A stretch of 52,691 bases of DNA from assembly GCF_004010195.1 (NCBI RefSeq), contig NC_057718.1, positions 21,309,612 to 21,362,302 of the forward strand, written 5' to 3'. The stretch's first letter is position 1; each line of letters begins with the position of its first letter. This DNA comes from Chiloscyllium plagiosum. Its lineage: Eukaryota. The position numbers and the translations under genes are program-made. Below, piece by piece: positions 1-11,824 of the stretch. A model generated the notes under the pieces. It had not been told where the DNA came from. It saw only the letters and a program-made list of their open reading frames with translations, and made no database searches.

Positions 1-550
1 ATATCTGAAGTACTGTGTACAGTAGTTACTGTATTACAAAAGGAATTGGAAACAGTTCAAAGAAGACTTCCTACACTAATCCTAGAATGAGCAGTTTGCA
101 TTGTGAGGATGGGATAGTCAGTTTAGCCCTGTATCACAGAGTTGAGAAGACTCAGAGGTGACTTAACTGAAACATAAAATTCCTGAGGGGACTTGACTGA
201 GTGAATGTAGAAAGGATGTTTACTCTGATGGGAGAATCTAGAGCTAGGGGCCAAAGTTCAAAGATAAGGAATCACCTACTTAAGACAGAGATGAGGTAAC
301 ATATTTTCCTCAAGGGTTGAGTGTCTCCAGAATTCCCTTCCCCAAAAGGCTGTGGAGGCAGAATCTTTAAATATCTTTAAGCAGAGGTAGATAGATTCTT
401 AATCATCAAAGGGAAGAAAGATTATCAGGAGTAGGTAGGAATATAAAGGTGAGATTAAAAGCAGATCAGTCATTATCTTACTGATTAATGATGCAGACTC
501 AAAAGGACCAAGTGGCTTACTCTTGTCCCTACGTATGCATGTTCGTATGT
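1..550 (+). mobile_element. Old CR1-type LINE, 3' end
   Basis: Decayed ORF2 C-terminus (gaagtactgtgtacag, agaggtgacttaactgaaacataaaat) and CR1 3'UTR ending in a (t)atgt-type tail. Confidence 0.8.
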
Positions 551-679
551 AAATGCTTGCAGAATTTACAAGCATGATTCACCATTGCAAATTAAATGGA
601 ACTTCACTTACATTTTACTTAAATCATTAATTTTTTTAAAACTAAAGTTTTATTAAATGGGATCGATTTTTAAAAAGTG

Positions 680-1045
680 AGCACCATGATAGCTCAGTGG
701 TTAGCACTGCTGCCTCAGTGCAAGGGACCCAGGTTAGATTCCAGAGTTGAGTGACTGTCAGTGTGGTGTTCGCTCAGTCTCCCAGTGTCTACATGGGTTT
801 ATGCTGGGTATTCTGATTTCCTCCCACAGTCCAAAGATGTGCAAGGCAGGTGGATTGGAAAATGTAAGAAATGTTTTTAGTCTCTCAGGTTATGCAAGCT
901 AGATTGATTATCCATGGTAAATGCAGTGTTATGTTATGGAGATAGGGTAGGGCGCTGGGTCTTATTCGAATGGTCTTCAGAGGGTTAGTACAGATTCAAG
1001 GGTTGATTGGCCTCTTTATGCACTGTAGGGATTCCATGACTCTAC
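680..1045 (+). mobile_element. HE1/V-SINE-type tRNA-derived SINE, diverged
   Basis: A box tagctcagtggttagcactgctgcctca, B box ggttagattcc, V-domain-like ttcctcccacagtccaaagatgtgca and CR1-type tail. Aligns with 30649-30960. Confidence 0.85.
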
Positions 1046-1740
1046 TTGTTTAGATGCCCAATGTATTATAAATGATATGAAAATATAGTTTTTTTTAAGA
1101 AAAAAAACTTTTGAATCTATGGATAAATAAAGTTCTATTACATGACAAATACAACATTGCAGACTCATTTTTTCAGTTCATTAAAAGATCCCTCATAGCT
1201 CACTCAGTTTTAACAATGAGCTGAATCAAAAAGGAGTCAACCTCAATCACACTTCAGGTGAGTTAATACATGTTTAGGGAATGAGGAAAAGATACTCAGA
1301 GGTCCCAATGATTCCATAAAACACAAAATACGATGTTTCAATCAAACTTTCAAGTATACTGAATCACTTCACCAAAACGAATATATATAATAATTGTATT
1401 TTCCCAGTATTCCTTAATACTTGTTGCCAACCTTAGCATTGGTAGTATTCTCTTGCCAAATACTACTTGCAATGACGATGACAGCACCCCATTGCATGGC
1501 AGCAGAATGCATTAAAAAGCTCTCATGAATGCAATTACACAAGCAATAACTGTCCACACCAACAATTAGAGGATTAAATCATTCTTCATACAAAATTAAA
1601 ATACCTCGCTGTATAGCTAATATAAAAAACTGAAGGAGGGATAAAAGGTATATACAACAATTTACTAAAACGAGCATGTACATCACCAACTAATAAGATT
1701 TTTAAATCAGTTGTCAGCCCAAACATTCCTATTAAACAAC

Positions 1741-2746
1741 TGTTACAATCCCAGACAAGACCATCAAATGGAAGTTATGACCTAGTTTTTTTGTTTACTG
1801 TAGACAAAGCCTGAGACTCATTACTTACAAAATAAACTTTACTATATTAAAAAGTTAATAAAGTTAAACAACCTACATTGTATTTACACAACTTAAGCTC
1901 AAACATTCAGAGAATTAATGAAGTAAATTGTCGGGTAAACAAAGTGGTCAAAAATCCTACAAGGCACACCAAATAGCAAATGCTGTTTAAGACAGATCCC
2001 ATAGATTTCTCAGCTACCCCTCCCCAGAAAATAATGACACTGTGGGTTACCAAGCTTCTTTAAAACTTAGGACTCCTTTATGAGAAATTCCAATTCTTCA
2101 CTCTTGACAATCTAGATATGAACTCTCTCAAAAAGCTCCTCTCACAGCCCCTCGATATTGCTCATGTTCTTTCTTGGAGACTGTTCCACTAGAGTCCTGA
2201 GACTGCATTCAAGCATTTACTCATGGGCACATTTCCGGCTCTTTCACAGATAGCTAGCTTCATTGAACGGGCACTACCCCTGGGATTTCTCCAAATTCCT
2301 TGGGTGCATCAAGAAAATACTGCTTGTGGGCCTGGCTCCTTCCCTGCACCTATTAACCCCTCTAATTTCTTTGTTCAGTATTCTCCCAGCTGCAAGGTGC
2401 AACTTCTACCAAACACACAAACTGAAAACTAGGAATCCAGTTAAGCACCACCCTACCCATTGACATAGCTGCTGAGTTAACAAGTTTTAGTCACTTTTAA
2501 GAGTTCACTGAATGCTTTCCAGATGATTTAGTTCCAAATCATAAACCAAACCAACACTCTCTTCTCCTCGGATTCTGTTAAACAAACAAGAGTAACCTCT
2601 TAAAGCCACATAGCACTGATATTCTAAGCGTAATAGACTACCACATCCTTCAATTCCATTATCCCATTTTTTACAGTTAAACTTATTTCTTGGAACTAAA
2701 TGTTATATACTAAAGCACACATACAATAAATCAGATATCTGCATCA
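1741..2746. mobile_element. Probable solo LTR (~1 kb)
   Basis: Begins TGTTAC at 1741 and ends GCATCA at 2746. Flanked by the 4-bp direct repeat CAAC (1737-1740, 2747-2750). No coding capacity. Confidence 0.55.
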
Positions 2747-4339
2747 CAACTAATGCCCGTTTGTGCATTGTCACTTCAAGCACGGGAAGAGTTTACTCTG
2801 TCAAAAATACCAATGTTTGAACTGCAGTCATTTAAAATCTTCTTCAACTACAAACTCAAGGCTCTATCTTTATTTTGGCATGTTTAGCAAAGCGCAGCAC
2901 GTAGTCAGAAAATGGAACTAAGATTGTCATTCTGCTGCTAAAAACAACAACTGCCAACAGTTCAACTTAGAAGTAACACACCTTCTTAGTAGGTTTCCAA
3001 AATGTGCCAAGGTCTCAGATGTGACCTCTGACTTTGCTTTCCAAGTCAGTAACAGCAAAATTTGCAGCAGTCAAGTAAACTCACCAATCTGATTACACAA
3101 GCCATCCCAAAAATTCCAACAGTTTTACACCAAGTCACAAGAATAGTTCATCTTCATCAGCTGATCAACTCCCGATAACCAGCTGCCTATTATTGTAATA
3201 TGTAACTAAATTAAATCAATTCAGATTATGTGGAATTAAATACTGTATGCTATTCAAAATTAACCCTTTTGAAACCATGACCTTAATAATAGCAATACAC
3301 CACCTAAGAAACTACTGGATACAGAGTGCGCAAACACAAAATCCTTATCATACAAATGCCCTGTCATGTATCATTTTTTAGACCAATAAGGTTGATTACC
3401 TGGCTTTATTTCACTTGTTGTATGACATGAAAGATCTGCAAAGTGTTCAAACAGGTGATTAATTTCACTCAACCTTCAAATGAATCATCACTTTGTATAG
3501 ATTATAAGATATTTTTAATCATGTTTCAATGTCACATGTACAGTTTCTTTTTGTTGATTTTGGCCATTCCAGCTATACCATTTTCTCTTAAAGAGTAGAC
3601 AGTATAAAAACTAATTAACAAAAGCTAGCTAATGCATCTTCTGAACACTATGATCTGACCATAATTCCAAGAAACATTACAGAAGTAAATTAATTTACTT
3701 CCTCAAATATCACCATTCTGATGTTGGGTTAAAACAATTATAGTGTTACATACTTACATAGTGGCCTCGATTGAATACTAACGTTAAAAAAATTTCTTTT
3801 ATGAGATATGATGAAAATAATTAGCATGTCAATAGAGAAGCCTGAACCTGTCAAAAACAGCAAGCATTATGGAAAAATAAATAGAAATGAAAGCTGTACT
3901 GTCAAACATTCAGTGTCAAATTCCAAGGGTACTTTATTGGTTTGTGTGTTATTCTCTGCCTATCAGTTGTTTCCTTCTGAGGTACAATTCATCAGCAGCG
4001 GTCTTCCAACACCTCACCAAGGTAGCCAGTTTCTCCCAGCACATGAACCTGGGTGCTCAAATTTGACAATGGAGTGAAACACAGCTCCTAATTTAATTGA
4101 ACATCCATGTTCACAAGCACTTTCCAGTGAGGATTACTGGATAACAACAGAAAACAGGAATCCTGGTAAATTTATTGACCATACTGGTCTTAACAGAAGC
4201 TACTCAGCTAATATCCAAACAAGGCAAGTTAACACTGGCTACAAATCATATCTTAGATATTAATGGTCTCTACAGCTTAACAACACTTCTAACTGTGAGC
4301 TTCCTGCTAATACAATTTTGTTCAGATGACAAACAAGAT

Positions 4340-4540
4340 CTACAGAAAGTGCATGCAGAAAAACAGCAGGTCTGACAGCATTTGCAGAGAGATAACAAAG
4401 TTAGCATTTTGAGCCCAATCACCCTTCTTCAGAACTTCATCACTGGACCCAAAGCATTAACACCATTTCTCTCCATAGTTGCAACCAAACCTAATGTGTT
4501 TCTCCAGCCATCTGTGTTTTTTGTGTCAGATTGATAGAAT
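4340..4540. mobile_element. Old palindromic Penelope-pLTR-derived remnant
   Basis: gcaggtctgacagcatttgcagagaga...cccttcttcagaac followed by the inverted arm tttctctccatagttgc...tttctccagc. Decayed CTGAAGA hammerhead motif on the minus strand. Confidence 0.6.
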
Positions 4541-5589
4541 CTAGTTAATGGTAATTAGACAATATGCATTTGGATAAAGAATTTCTCTTCTGGATTCTAA
4601 AAAAACTCAATCATAGGAAGTGGTATCACTGTCTAAGCCAGAATTTATTATCAACTCCCAAACGTTCTTGGGAAAATGGTGATGAGTTGCCTTCTTCACC
4701 TGTTGCAATACCTGCAGTATAGGGACACCTGCAATGCTGCTAGGGAATGAGTTTCAGGATGTTGAGGCAGTGGCAGGAAAGGAACAATGATATACTTCCA
4801 AGTCAGGATGGTGGGCAACTTGGAAGGGAATTTGCTGGCAGTGTATCTGCTGTTCTTGCCCTTCGAGGTGATGGAGGGTGGAAGATGGAAGTTCATGAGT
4901 TTGGAAGGTGTTGTTAAAGAAGGCTTGATGAGTTATAGTAGTACATATTGTAATAGTATAGACTGCTGCTGGTGTGTGTCACTGCTGAAGGGAGTGAATG
5001 AAGGACATGGTAGATTGGTTTGCAATCAAGTGGACCACTGAGAATGTGTCAAGCTTCTCTAGTATTGTTGTGGCTACCCCGCCAAGACAGAAGGAAAAAC
5101 ATTCTATCACACTCCTGACTTATGCTTGTAGATAGTTGACAGTCACTAAGGAGTCATGAAGCGAGTTATCAACACAGAATTCCTAGCTGCTGATCTTGTT
5201 TTGGAAGCAGAGAATTTATACAACTGGTCCACTCCAGTTCGGATCACTGGTAACCCCTTAGGATCATTAGGATGTTGACATTGGAGGATCCAGCAAAAGG
5301 TAATGCCATTTAATGTTAAGGGCTGATGGTTAGATTCTCTCTTCTTTATGATGGTCATTGCCTGGAACTTTCAAGACACAAACGGTACTAGCCACTCAGG
5401 TTTTGGTCTCAATGTTGGCCAGGTCCTGCTGCAAAGAAACATGAACTGCACCTCAATACCTGAGCAGTTGCAAATTGTGTTTAATGATAATCAGTAAACA
5501 TCTGTAACTCTGAATTTCCGAGGGAGTTGGGATATTCACTGATGAAGCGGTTGAAGAAGATTGGGCTTAATGCTAAGGAACTCAAATGC

Positions 5590-5925
5590 GTGTAGCACTA
5601 TGGTACTCTCCCCACCTCAGCACCAGGAGGTCTAGGTTCAAGAACCATCTTCTCCAGATGTATGTAGTAACATCTCCAAACAGTCTGATTAGAAAATATC
5701 GACATTTCAAAGTATGTGTGGTCTTCCTCTTTTAAGGCTCTACCACTGCTCGAAGCCAGAAGCCCTGGGTTCTGCTACCGAGATGTGTCATAGCATTTCA
5801 AACAGGCTGATTAAAATACTGACACTGAGGAACTGGGGCTCTTGTAGTGCAGTGGTTTTGTTCCTGCCTTTGATTTGGAAGCTTGTGGGTTCAAGACCAA
5901 CCTGCTCCAAAGATTAGAAAATACC
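5590..5925 (+). mobile_element. Three tandem short (~100 bp) tRNA-like SINE units
   Basis: Repeated gtagtgcagtgg...ggttcaag...ctcca...gattagaaaata pattern at about 5590-5700, 5715-5820 and 5835-5925. Confidence 0.6.
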
Positions 5926-6055
5926 TACCCTGAGGAATTCCTGCAGTCATACACTGGGACTGAGATGATTAACATTTCTTTTATGTTAAGTGATTCTCCA
6001 ACCAATTAAGAGCTTAACCCCTTTCTCCTGTCGATTCCAACCACACTCAGTCAAA

Positions 6056-6166
6056 GCTTAGTTTCAGTTCTGAAAAGCCCACGCAGGACTCAAAATGGTA
6101 ACTCTGTTGTTCTCATCACAGATGCTGCCAGACCTGCTAGTTTCTTCAGCATTCTCTCTACTTGTT
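6056..6166 (+). mobile_element. Old Penelope-pLTR-derived remnant
   Basis: ttctgaaaag...ggactcaaaatggtaactctg...cacagatgctgccagacctgct. Flanked by tcagtcaaa at 6047-6055 and 6167-6175. Confidence 0.6.
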
Positions 6167-7032
6167 TCAGTCAAATGTTGCCTTAATGTTAAGTGTCACT
6201 CTTCCCTCTAAATTTCATCTCTTTTGTCCATGTTTGGACCAGGCTGTAATGAAATCAGGAACTGAACAATCGTGACAGAACACAAACTGAGCATCAGCGC
6301 GCAGGTTATTACTGAGTTAGTGCTAACATTGACAACTTCTTCCATCATTTTGTTGATGATTGCGAATAGACCAATAAGACAGTAATTGGCTGGGTTGGAT
6401 TTGTTCTGCTTTTTGTATAAAGGACGCATCTACACAAATTTTCCACATTATTGGGTTGATAACAGTATTGTAGCTGTACCAGATTAGCTTGGCAAGGGAT
6501 GATTTTAGTTTATTTCAGAGCACAAGTCTTCAGTACTATTGCCAGACTGTTGTCAAGGCCCACAGTCTACTAGCTCATTAACTATCACTTTAAGGGCATA
6601 GTTGAAGCATATCAGGAACTGAGGACGTGTCAGCCCACAGCTCTGCTGAGAAAACTGAAAGCTGCAGACTGATAAGTCCCAAGGTCTTGATAAACTCCAT
6701 CCTAGAGTCTTAAAACAGATACCTGATGAGGTAGTAAATGTGTTGATGTTAATTTTCCAAAATTGATTCAATTCTGGAAAGGTTCCATCTGACTAGAAAG
6801 TAACAAACATAATCACTCTATTCAAAAAGGGAAGAAGGCTATTGAGGCTTGATGTCTATAAACAGAAGGGTTATAGGATCAATTATTAAGATGGTTGTAG
6901 CTGGGTACTTTGAAAAACTCAAGGTAATTAAGAGGAGTCAGCATATTTTTGAAAAGGAAATTATTTAACTGATTTACTGGAGCTCTTCAAACAAGTTACA
7001 TGTGCCGTGGGAAAAGGGGTGCATGGAGACAT

Positions 7033-7341
7033 GATTAGATTAGATTCCCTACAGTGTGGAAACAGGCCCTTCGGCCCAACCAGTCCACACCAACCCTCCC
7101 AAGAGCAACCCACCCAGACTCATTTCCCACTAACTAATACACCTAACACTATGGGCAGTTTATCATTGACAATTCACCTGACCTGCACATCTTTGGACCG
7201 TGGGAGGAAACCGGAGAAAACCCACACAGACTCGGAGAGAATGTGCAAACTCCACACTGACAGTCACCCGAGGCTGGAATCGAACCTGGGATCCTGGTGT
7301 TGTAAAGCTACAGTGGTAACCACTGAGCCACTGTGCCGCCC
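7033..7341 (-). mobile_element. HE1/V-SINE
   Basis: Full SINE in reverse: tail attagattagattccctacagtgtggaaacaggcccttcggccc, head ...ccactgagccactgtgccgccc. Confidence 0.95.
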
Positions 7342-7351
7342 CTCGTTGCTA

Positions 7352-7478
7352 CCATAGTTGCTACCAAACCTAATGTGTTTCTCCAGCCATCTGTGGTTTT
7401 TGTGTCAGATTTCTAGAATCTAGTTATAGTATTAATTAAACAACATCCATATGGATAAAGAATTTCTCTTCTGGATTC
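7352..7478 (+). repeat. Dispersed direct copy of 4473-4597
   Basis: ccatagttgc(t/a)accaaacctaatgtgtttctccagccatctgtg...tggataaagaatttctcttctggattc occurs at both places. Confidence 0.9.
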
Positions 7479-8928
7479 CATAAATATTATAAATGGATTA
7501 CCAGAAGGCATTTGACAAAGTGCCACATAAGAAGCTATTGCAAGAGTGAGAATCTCATGCTGCAAGGGATAAAATAATAGCATTGATAGAAGTTGACTGG
7601 CTGATAAAAAACAGTGAGCATGCACAAATGGATCTTTTTCAAATTGGAAGATGTGACAAGTGAATTCGTGCAGAGGTCTATGCTTGCATTACAGTTTTTT
7701 AACAATTGTATCAATAACTTAGATAAGGGGGACAAAAACAAAATCAAAGAAAAGGTTGAACAGACTGGCTTGTTTCCACTAGGATTTAGAAGAACAAAGG
7801 GTGACTTTGTTGAAGTACACAGGTCCCTGTAATGTCTTGACAAGATGGACGCACAAAGTTTACTTCAAGCCCAGAACCAGGGAGCACTGTTTAGAATTGG
7901 GAGTTGCCTTTTATACCTGAGGTGGAAAAGGTCATTTCTCAAGAGGCCTGTGCAACTTCAAAAAAAGAAAAAAGAACAAAGAACCTTACAGCACAGGAAC
8001 AGGCCCTTCGGCCCTCCAAGCCTGTGCCGATCCAGATCCTCTATCTGGACCTGCCGCCTATTTTCTAAGGATCTGTATCCCTTTGCTCCCTGTCCATTCA
8101 TGTATCTGTCTAGATACACCTTAAATGATGCTATCGTTCCTGCACATACCACCTCCGCTGGCAACACATTCCAGGCACCCTCTGCCTGAAGAACTTTCAA
8201 TGTAAATCTCCCCTAAACTTTTCACCTCTCACTTTGAACTCGTGACCCCTAGTAATTAAGTCCTCCATTCTGGGAAAACGTTTCTGGTTATCCATCCCAT
8301 CTACACCTCTCATGATTTTGTAGGCCTCAATCAGATCCCCCCTCAACCTCCTTTCCAATGAAAATAATCCTAATCTACTCAACCTCTTCTCATAGCAAGC
8401 ACCCTCCATACCAGGCAACATCCTGGTGAACCTCCTCGCACTCTTTCCAAAGCATCCACATCCTTTTGGTAATGTGGCAACCAGAACTGTATGCTGTATT
8501 CCAAACATGACCGAACCACAACTGTAACACGACCTGCCAACTCTTGTACTCAATACCCCATCCAATGAAGGAAAGCATGTCATATGCCTTCTTGACCACT
8601 ATACTGACCTGTGTTTCCACCTTCAAGGAACAATGGACCTGAACATCCACATCTCTCTGCACATCAATTTTCCCCAGGAATTTTGCATTTACTGTATTGC
8701 TTGCTCTTGAATTGTAACTTACAAAATGCATCACCTCACATTTATCTGGATTCAACTCCGGATGCCATTTCTCTGTCCACTCTCCAATCTATCTATATTC
8801 TGCCGTATTCTCTGACTCCACCAATCTTAGTGTCATCTGCAAACTTGCTAATGAGCAAGCTACACCTTCCTCCAAATCATTTATGTATATCACAAACAAC
8901 AGTAGTCCCACAGGTTTAATTGGAAGCA

Positions 8929-8963
8929 CACTAGCTTTCGGAGCGTGGCTCCTTCATCAGGTG
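8929..8963 (-). ncRNA. Minimal type-I hammerhead ribozyme motif, core intact
   Basis: Minus strand reads CAC-CUGAUGA-A-GGAGC-CAC-GCUCC-GAAA-GCUA-GUG: stem I CAC/GUG, 5-bp stem II, palindromic AGCU in place of stem III, predicted cleavage after CUA. Confidence 0.8.
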
Positions 8964-9268
8964 ATAGTGGAGGACTCAATCCTAAAACACAGAATTTATA
9001 GAAAAAATTTAGTGCGATGTAACTGAAATTATACATTGAAAAATACCTGGATTATCTGCGGAGTCTTTCATCTGTTTGAATACCATGATAGTTTCACTTC
9101 TTTCATGTGTAAATCACAAAACCTTTTTTAAAAGTTGCATTCTCAGGTTAGTATTCAAACAGATGAAAGATTCAACAATCAAGGTATTTTTCAACGTATA
9201 ATTTCAGTTACATCACACTGTAAATTTTTGTTATAAATTCTGTGTCTTCGGATTGAGTCCTCCACTAT

Positions 9269-9303
9269 CACCTAATGAAGGAGCGACGCTCCGAAAGAGA
9301 GTG
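9269..9303 (+). ncRNA. Hammerhead motif, mutated
   Basis: CAC-CUAAUGA-A-GGAGC-GAC-GCUCC-GAAA-GAGA-GUG. Core G5 and the cleavage triplet are altered. Confidence 0.7.
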
Positions 9304-10652
9304 TGCTTCCAATTAAAGTTGTTGGACTATAACCTGGCGTTGTGTGATTTTTAACTTTGTACACCCCAGTCCAACACCAGCATCTCCAAATCTCAACAGT
9401 CGTCCCAGCATGGATCCCTGTGGCACACCACTGGCCACAGGTCTCCATTTTGAGAAGCTCCCTTCCACTACTACTCCCTGTCTCCTGTTGCCCAACCAGT
9501 TCTCTATCCATTTAATTAGAACACCCTGGACCCCATGCAACTTCACCTTCTTCATCAGCCTACCATGGGGAACCTTATCAAATGCCTTACTAAAGTCCAT
9601 GTATATGACATCTACATCCCTTCCCTCATCAATCAACTGTCACCTCTTCAAAGAATTCTATTAGGTTTGTAAGACATGACCTTCCCTGCACAAAACCATG
9701 CTGCCTATCACTGATAAGCCCATTTTCTTTCAAATGGCTATATATCCGCTCCACTAGTATCTTCTCCAGTAGCTTCCCTACCACTGATTTAAGGCTCACA
9801 GATCTGTAATTACCTGGATTATCCCCTTCCTAAACAAGGGGACAACATTAGCAATTCTCCAGTCTTCTGGGACCTCCCCCATTTTCAAGGATGCTGCAAA
9901 GATATCTGTTAAAGCCCCGGCTATTTCCTCTCTCACTTCCCTCAATAACCTGGGATAGATCTCATCTGGATCTGGAGACTTGTTCACCTTAATGCCTTTT
10001 AGAATATACAACACTTCCTCCTCCTTATGCCGACTTGACCTAGAATAATTAAAGATCCATCCCTAACCTCAACATACACCATGTCCCTTTCCTCGGTGAA
10101 TACTGATATAAAGTACTCATTAAGAATCTCACCCATTTTCTCTGACTCCACACATATCTTTCCCCTTTGTCCTTGAGTGGGACAACCTTGCTTCTTATGT
10201 AGAAATAAAAGGCTTTTGGGTTTTCCTTAACCCTGCTCACGAAGGATACCTCATGATTCCTTTTAACCCTCTTACTCTTCATTTCAGATTGGTCCTACAT
10301 TCCCGAAATTCTTCCAAAGCTTTGTCTGTCTTCAGGCACCCAGACCTTATGTACGCATTCTTTTTCCTCTTAGCTAGTCTCAATTTCAACACTCAACCAT
10401 GGTTCCCTAATCTTGCCATTTCTATCCCTCAGTTTCACAGGAACATATCTCTCCTGAACTCTCATCAACCTCTCTGCTTCAGAAGACAAGGATTTTTTTT
10501 TAAGGCAGAGGCAGATAATTTGGTTAGGTAAAGACATTAGAAGTTATCAAGTTAGAATGAAATGTGGAATTCAAAACAAACAAATCTGTTTATATCTTAT
10601 TTATTGGCAGAGCTGGCTAAAATGGCTGAATACTTTTTCTGCAGATTTTTAA

Positions 10653-11820
10653 ATGTCTCTGTGTGACCTTACATCTCATCTGTCAGTTGTGGGATCACTT
10701 TGCCCTGTCAATCGCATGCTGCTTCCACTGTTTGGCATGCAAATATTCCCGTGGTGCATCTTCACCAGTTTGGCACCTCTTTGTTGGATTTACCTGGTTC
10801 TGGTCTTGGCAGATCCTTCTGCACTCATCATTGAACCAGGATGGATCCCTGGCCTGGTGGTAATGGGAGAGTGGGGAGATGCCAGACCAAGGTATTATAG
10901 AATATGGATCAATGGTGCTGGAAGAGCACAGCAATTCAGGCAGCATCGAGGAGCTTCAGCAAAATCAACGTTTCGGGCTTCCAGCACCATTGATCCATAT
11001 TCTATAATACCTTGGTCTGGCATCTCCCCACTCTCCCATTACCACCAGGCCAGGGATCCATCCTGGTTCAATGATGAGTGCAGAAGGATCTGCCAAGACC
11101 AGAACCAGGTAAATCTAACAAAGAGGTGCCAAACTGGTGAAGATGCACCACCGGAATATTTGCATGCCAAACAGTGGAAGCAGCATGCGATTGAATCTGG
11201 TTTCCAGCATCTGCAGTCATTGTTTTTACCTTATTATAGAATATGGCTGAATACAATTTTTTGGTGCTGATTGCATCTATGCAGTTCTTTCGGCTAAGTT
11301 TATAATTGCTAGATCTGTTCAATGTTTGTCACATTCAGCTCAGATACATCTAGACATGTGGATAGTCAGGATGAGGTCAAATAAATTTTATATCTTGTGA
11401 GTTCCTTCACCTGCTACAACGTGACCCAGACTAGCAACTACATGATTTAGGAAACAACCAGCTAGGAAAACAGTAGTGCTATGAACCCACTATTGGTGAC
11501 AGACAGTGAAGTCCCCATGCAGAGTACATTCTGTGTCCTTATCACCCTCAGTGCTTCTTCAAATGGTGTTCAACATGGAGCAGAACTCATTCTTCAGCTG
11601 ACAGGTAAGTGGTAATCAACAGGAGATTTTGTTGTCCATGTAATCTAAAGCCTTGAGGCTTCATGGGATCCAGAGTCCACATAATCAAACTCACATAACC
11701 AGGACCAGTGGACTAGTCATGGGACAACTTTCAAGTTTGCCATAAGTGCCCAGATGCAGGTGAGGAGGATTCTACGGGCTTGACAGGGCTGGATTTGCCA
11801 CTGATGTTTCTGTTGCTTAG
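10653..11820 (-). mobile_element. Old CR1/L2-group LINE, AP-endonuclease region
   Basis: Minus-strand decayed peptides RILLTCIWAL (N-x-x-GL motif position), HGQQNLLLITTY, LHVEHH, GDFTV (GDFN motif) and PSWFNDECRRIC. Confidence 0.75.
10908..11231. mobile_element. Penelope-pLTR insertion containing an inverted copy of its left flank
   Basis: pLTR pieces match 19738-19865. 15-bp TSD tattatagaatatgg at 10893-10907 and 11232-11246. 10978-11194 is the reverse complement of 10708-10924. Confidence 0.9.
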
Positions 11821-11824
11821 GTCA

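Larger units (their letters stand above)
4600..6600 (-). mobile_element. Old CR1/L2-group LINE (RT region and 3' end), interrupted by short insertions
   Basis: Minus-strand KSNPANYCLIGLFAIINKMME (6208-6429) is the NYRPISL region of ORF2. The 3' end matches the copies at 26851-27520, 41570-42300 and 45180-46010. Confidence 0.8.
6640..7957 (+). mobile_element. Old CR1 LINE ORF2 fragments; 3' end resumes at about 10477-10650
   Basis: gataagtcccaaggtcttgataaactccatcctagagtc (DKSPGPDxxHPR-like), ccagaaggcatttgacaaagtgccacat (QKAFDKVPH) and LFPLGFRRTKGD. Confidence 0.8.
8911..9393. mobile_element. Non-autonomous Penelope-like palindromic insertion (inverted pLTR) inside the CR1
   Basis: Inverted arms at about 8911-9083 and 9151-9320. 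14-bp TSD caacagt(a/c)gtccca at 8897-8910 and 9394-9407. Same family as 12123-12350. Confidence 0.85.
7958..10476 (-). mobile_element. CR1 LINE (HER1-like), 5'-truncated, frameshifted ORF2
   Basis: Minus-strand peptides KSPDPDEIYPRLL, DVIYMDFSKAFDKVPH, SGVPQGS, MNPDKCEVMHF and LGLFSLERRLRGDLIE. 3'UTR gggccgaagggcctgttcctgtgctgt. Confidence 0.95.

Noticed and set aside
1177..1257. Good acceptor (ttttttcag) and donor (cag|gtgagt) around 81 nt
   Set aside because: Stops in all three frames and no other support. At most a non-coding exon.
3401..3778. Minus-strand micro-exon candidates (36 nt and 20 nt)
   Set aside because: Too short to distinguish from chance, and no recognisable peptide.
10653..11270. 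205-aa ORF
   Set aside because: It is antisense LINE plus pLTR plus the inverted LINE copy, a by-product of the inverted duplication and not a gene.
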